NCBI GenBank assembly: GCA_041191145.1
Contig: JBEEPK010000004.1
Location: 10,487-74,486 of the forward strand
DNA from: Bacteroidota bacterium
GTDB taxonomy: Bacteria; Bacteroidota; Ignavibacteria; Kapaibacteriales; UBA961
DNA length: 64,000 bases
Direction: 5' to 3'
Below, piece after piece: positions 63,237 through 64,000 of the stretch. Within the stretch, counting starts at the first letter, position 1; each line of letters opens with the position of its first letter. The notes beneath the pieces were generated by a model that did no database searches, was not told the DNA's origin, and saw only the letters and a list, made by a program, of their open reading frames with translations. The translations under genes were made by a program, and so were the position numbers.

Positions 63237-64000
63237 AGGGGATCTTTTCCAGTTTTATAGCCAAAGAATATTCTACTTCCTACTGCATGTGCAATGAATG
63301 GATTTGCAAGAGAATGGGGAAGAATCTTTGCAAACATTTCAGAAATCTTTCCAAAGAAAGGATGCAATGCAAATCGCATGATCCTTGCCTGCAATGAATC
63401 TCCAAGAATTTCTCCGATTCTGAATATTTCGGAGAATTTGGGGTGTTTTTTCCGAATATATCGAAGATTCACTGCCCCGAATTGTTGCATTTGATTCAAA
63501 GCAAATGGAAGTGATTTCTGCATGATTGAATATGCAATCGCTTGTTTTGCATAGCGAATTGGCAAAGGAAATTGCATGTGTAATCGATATGCAAATTCTG
63601 TGTCGCCTCCTCCGTATAATTTCATGTTCTCATCTTGTCCTCCAAGCTCAATGAATATCTTGCTTGGAAGTGCTAGGTTTCCAGTGGTGATATACTGAAA
63701 TGGCACTTCTTGTCCGGATTCAAATCTCTTTTTTCCACGAGTATGCAGATAATTCGCCCAAGCATTTGTGTCTGCATTTGTATAGATGAGATCACCTGCA
63801 GAAATACAAAATCCATTTCGTAAAATACTGAGATGTTGTTCTAGAAAATCATGCGCAGGTATGGCATCCGAATCAAGGAATGCAAGATATTCTGCTTTGA
63901 TATGGGGCAATGCCAAATTTCTGGTGGCATTTCTTCCATGATTCGCTCGATCATGATGTTGCAAAATTTCGATATGCAAAGTAGAATGCAAGTATAGCTG
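63227..64000 (-). CDS. glycosyltransferase family 2 protein (5'-partial, N-terminus beyond window end)
   Basis: DxD region LAFLDSDAI sits only about 40 aa from the first in-window Met. The frame remains open to the window edge. Confidence 0.6.
   Translation of the reverse strand, partial: QLYLHSTLHIEILQHHDRANHGRNATRNLALPHIKAEYLAFLDSDAIPAHDFLEQHLSILRNGFCISAGDLIYTNADTNAWANYLHTRGKKRFESGQEVPFQYITTGNLALPSKIFIELGGQDENMKLYGGGDTEFAYRLHMQFPLPIRYAKQAIAYSIMQKSLPFALNQMQQFGAVNLRYIRKKHPKFSEIFRIGEILGDSLQARIMRFALHPFFGKISEMFAKILPHSLANPFIAHAVGSRIFFGYKTGKDPLQP

Overview
This is a 64-kb chromosomal window, compact and mostly core-genome, from a Bacteroidota/Ignavibacteria-like (FCB-group) bacterium. Lineage markers are a fused cbb3 oxidase CcoNO, a protein with a T9SS C-terminal sorting domain, BshC, and detached atpDC and nuoJK gene pairs. 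I call about 56 protein-coding genes and four tRNAs (Met-CAT, Asp-GTC, Ala-GGC, Val-GAC). The coding genes include dnaA with an upstream oriC-like region, dnaN, smpB, hrcA, tatC, hmgA, purE, H+-PPase, rmuC, mraZ-rsmH, rpe, and a glycosyltransferase (LPS/polysaccharide) cluster. Many rho-independent terminators sit between convergent genes. No CRISPR array, integrase, transposase or obvious phage gene is visible. The regions most worth a second look are listed below. (1) A compositionally distinct, lower-GC islet at the 3' flank of tRNA-Val carries two tandem paralogous about 520-aa helical/TPR-like regulators with LuxR-type HTH; a standalone AAA_16/STAND-like ATPase with helical repeats lies about 4 kb downstream. 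(2) An unusually long 810-bp leader upstream of mraZ carries two copies of a GTGGG-repeat (MraZ-box-like) array, and mraZ-rsmH is detached from ftsL/ftsI. (3) A perfect 48-bp tandem duplication covers the 5' half of tRNA-Met. (4) A small secreted protein with three Cys-Cys doublets is translationally coupled to a CNNM/CBS transporter gene and sits directly before a TonB-dependent receptor. (5) Two intergenic regions bounded by terminators may encode small RNAs. Functional calls are from motif-level recognition by eye. No database search was run.
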